Assembly (NCBI GenBank): GCA_964593295.1
Contig: CAZQHD010000001.1
Coordinates: forward strand, 1-34,014
From: an uncultured Thermotogae bacterium
Lineage (GTDB): Bacteria; Bipolaricaulota; Bipolaricaulia; UBA7950; UBA9294
Direction: 5' to 3'
DNA: 34,014 nt
Part shown: positions 33,749 to 34,014 of the stretch, piece after piece
Layout of the letters: each line of letters starts with the position of its first letter
Position numbering within the stretch: position 1 is the first letter of the stretch
Made by a program: the position numbers and the translations under genes
The notes under the pieces: generated by a model
Databases searched by the model: none
Told to the model about the DNA's origin: nothing
The model's input: the letters and a program-made list of their open reading frames with translations, nothing else

Positions 33749-34014
33749 GGTTCCGATGCAGGGAAACGATCGGTTGGCGCGTGTTGTGGCCGGGATCAAC
33801 GGATCAGAAGAGCTGTCCACGCTATGGAGCAGTGCAAACATCACGGCCATTGACCGCATGGGGATCAATGATCACGGCCCGGTGCACATTAAGATCATGA
33901 CCAATATTGGGCTGAAGCTGCTTCGGCTATTGGTGCAAGGGGGCGTCCAGCCGAGCGTGGTTCAGCATCATGGCCTCGAAGGAACGGACGCGGAAGTGGT
34001 CGTGGTCATGGCCT
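33738..34014 (+). CDS. HD-domain metal-dependent phosphohydrolase, 5' part only (runs off the window)
   Basis: My own translation from ATG 33738 (GGGAGGA 7 nt upstream) gives MSLRVPMQGNDRLARVVAGINGSEELSTLWSSANITAIDRMGINDHGPVHIKIMTNIGLKLLRLL... It is open to the window end and absent from the ORF track because it has no stop. Confidence 0.7.
   Translation, partial: MSLRVPMQGNDRLARVVAGINGSEELSTLWSSANITAIDRMGINDHGPVHIKIMTNIGLKLLRLLVQGGVQPSVVQHHGLEGTDAEVVVVMA

Noticed and set aside
1-34014. CRISPR arrays, toxin-antitoxin pairs, restriction-modification or other defence modules
   Set aside because: Reading through both strands, I saw no regularly spaced direct repeats and no Cas, nuclease/methylase or toxin-like ORFs. 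The only antitoxin-like candidate (14305..14541) has no partner gene.

Overview
Visibly GC-rich, densely coded bacterial chromosomal window. Bacterial markers are a sigma-70 factor, NAD-dependent LigA, RlmN and an endonuclease-type MutL. I saw no transposase, integrase, CRISPR array or recognisable defence system. It opens with the 3' part of a class II tRNA (probably Ser), directly abutted by a long Alu-domain SRP RNA. In order, the genes are: an orphan radical SAM enzyme; a deoxynucleoside kinase plus an ATP-cone::uridine-kinase-like fusion; a DRG/Rbg-type TGS GTPase; a frameshifted MBL hydrolase start/stop-coupled to an ArsB/NhaD-type permease; a Pus10-type pseudouridine synthase 18 nt upstream of an RpoD-family sigma factor; rlmN and ligA behind an unknown 426-aa protein; TlpA-like thioredoxin; ArsR regulator; a long 6-phosphofructokinase; a lipase-like hydrolase; an SSS transporter; an ABC-F ATPase; an XRE-cupin regulator with a two-gene FAD/Fe-S amine dehydrogenase; an M42 peptidase; a TPP riboswitch controlling thiN-thiXYZ; a DAG-kinase-family lipid kinase; mutL; a small HTH/coiled-coil protein; and a truncated HD-domain gene. 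The points most worth a second look are two archaeo-eukaryotic-type translation proteins (Pus10, DRG) in a bacterial context, the ATP-cone kinase fusion, the MBL frameshift, recurrent leaderless promoter geometry, and the tRNA-SRP RNA junction. I found no convincing novel multi-gene system; most of the window is housekeeping. All calls rest on reading motifs by eye, with no searches run.
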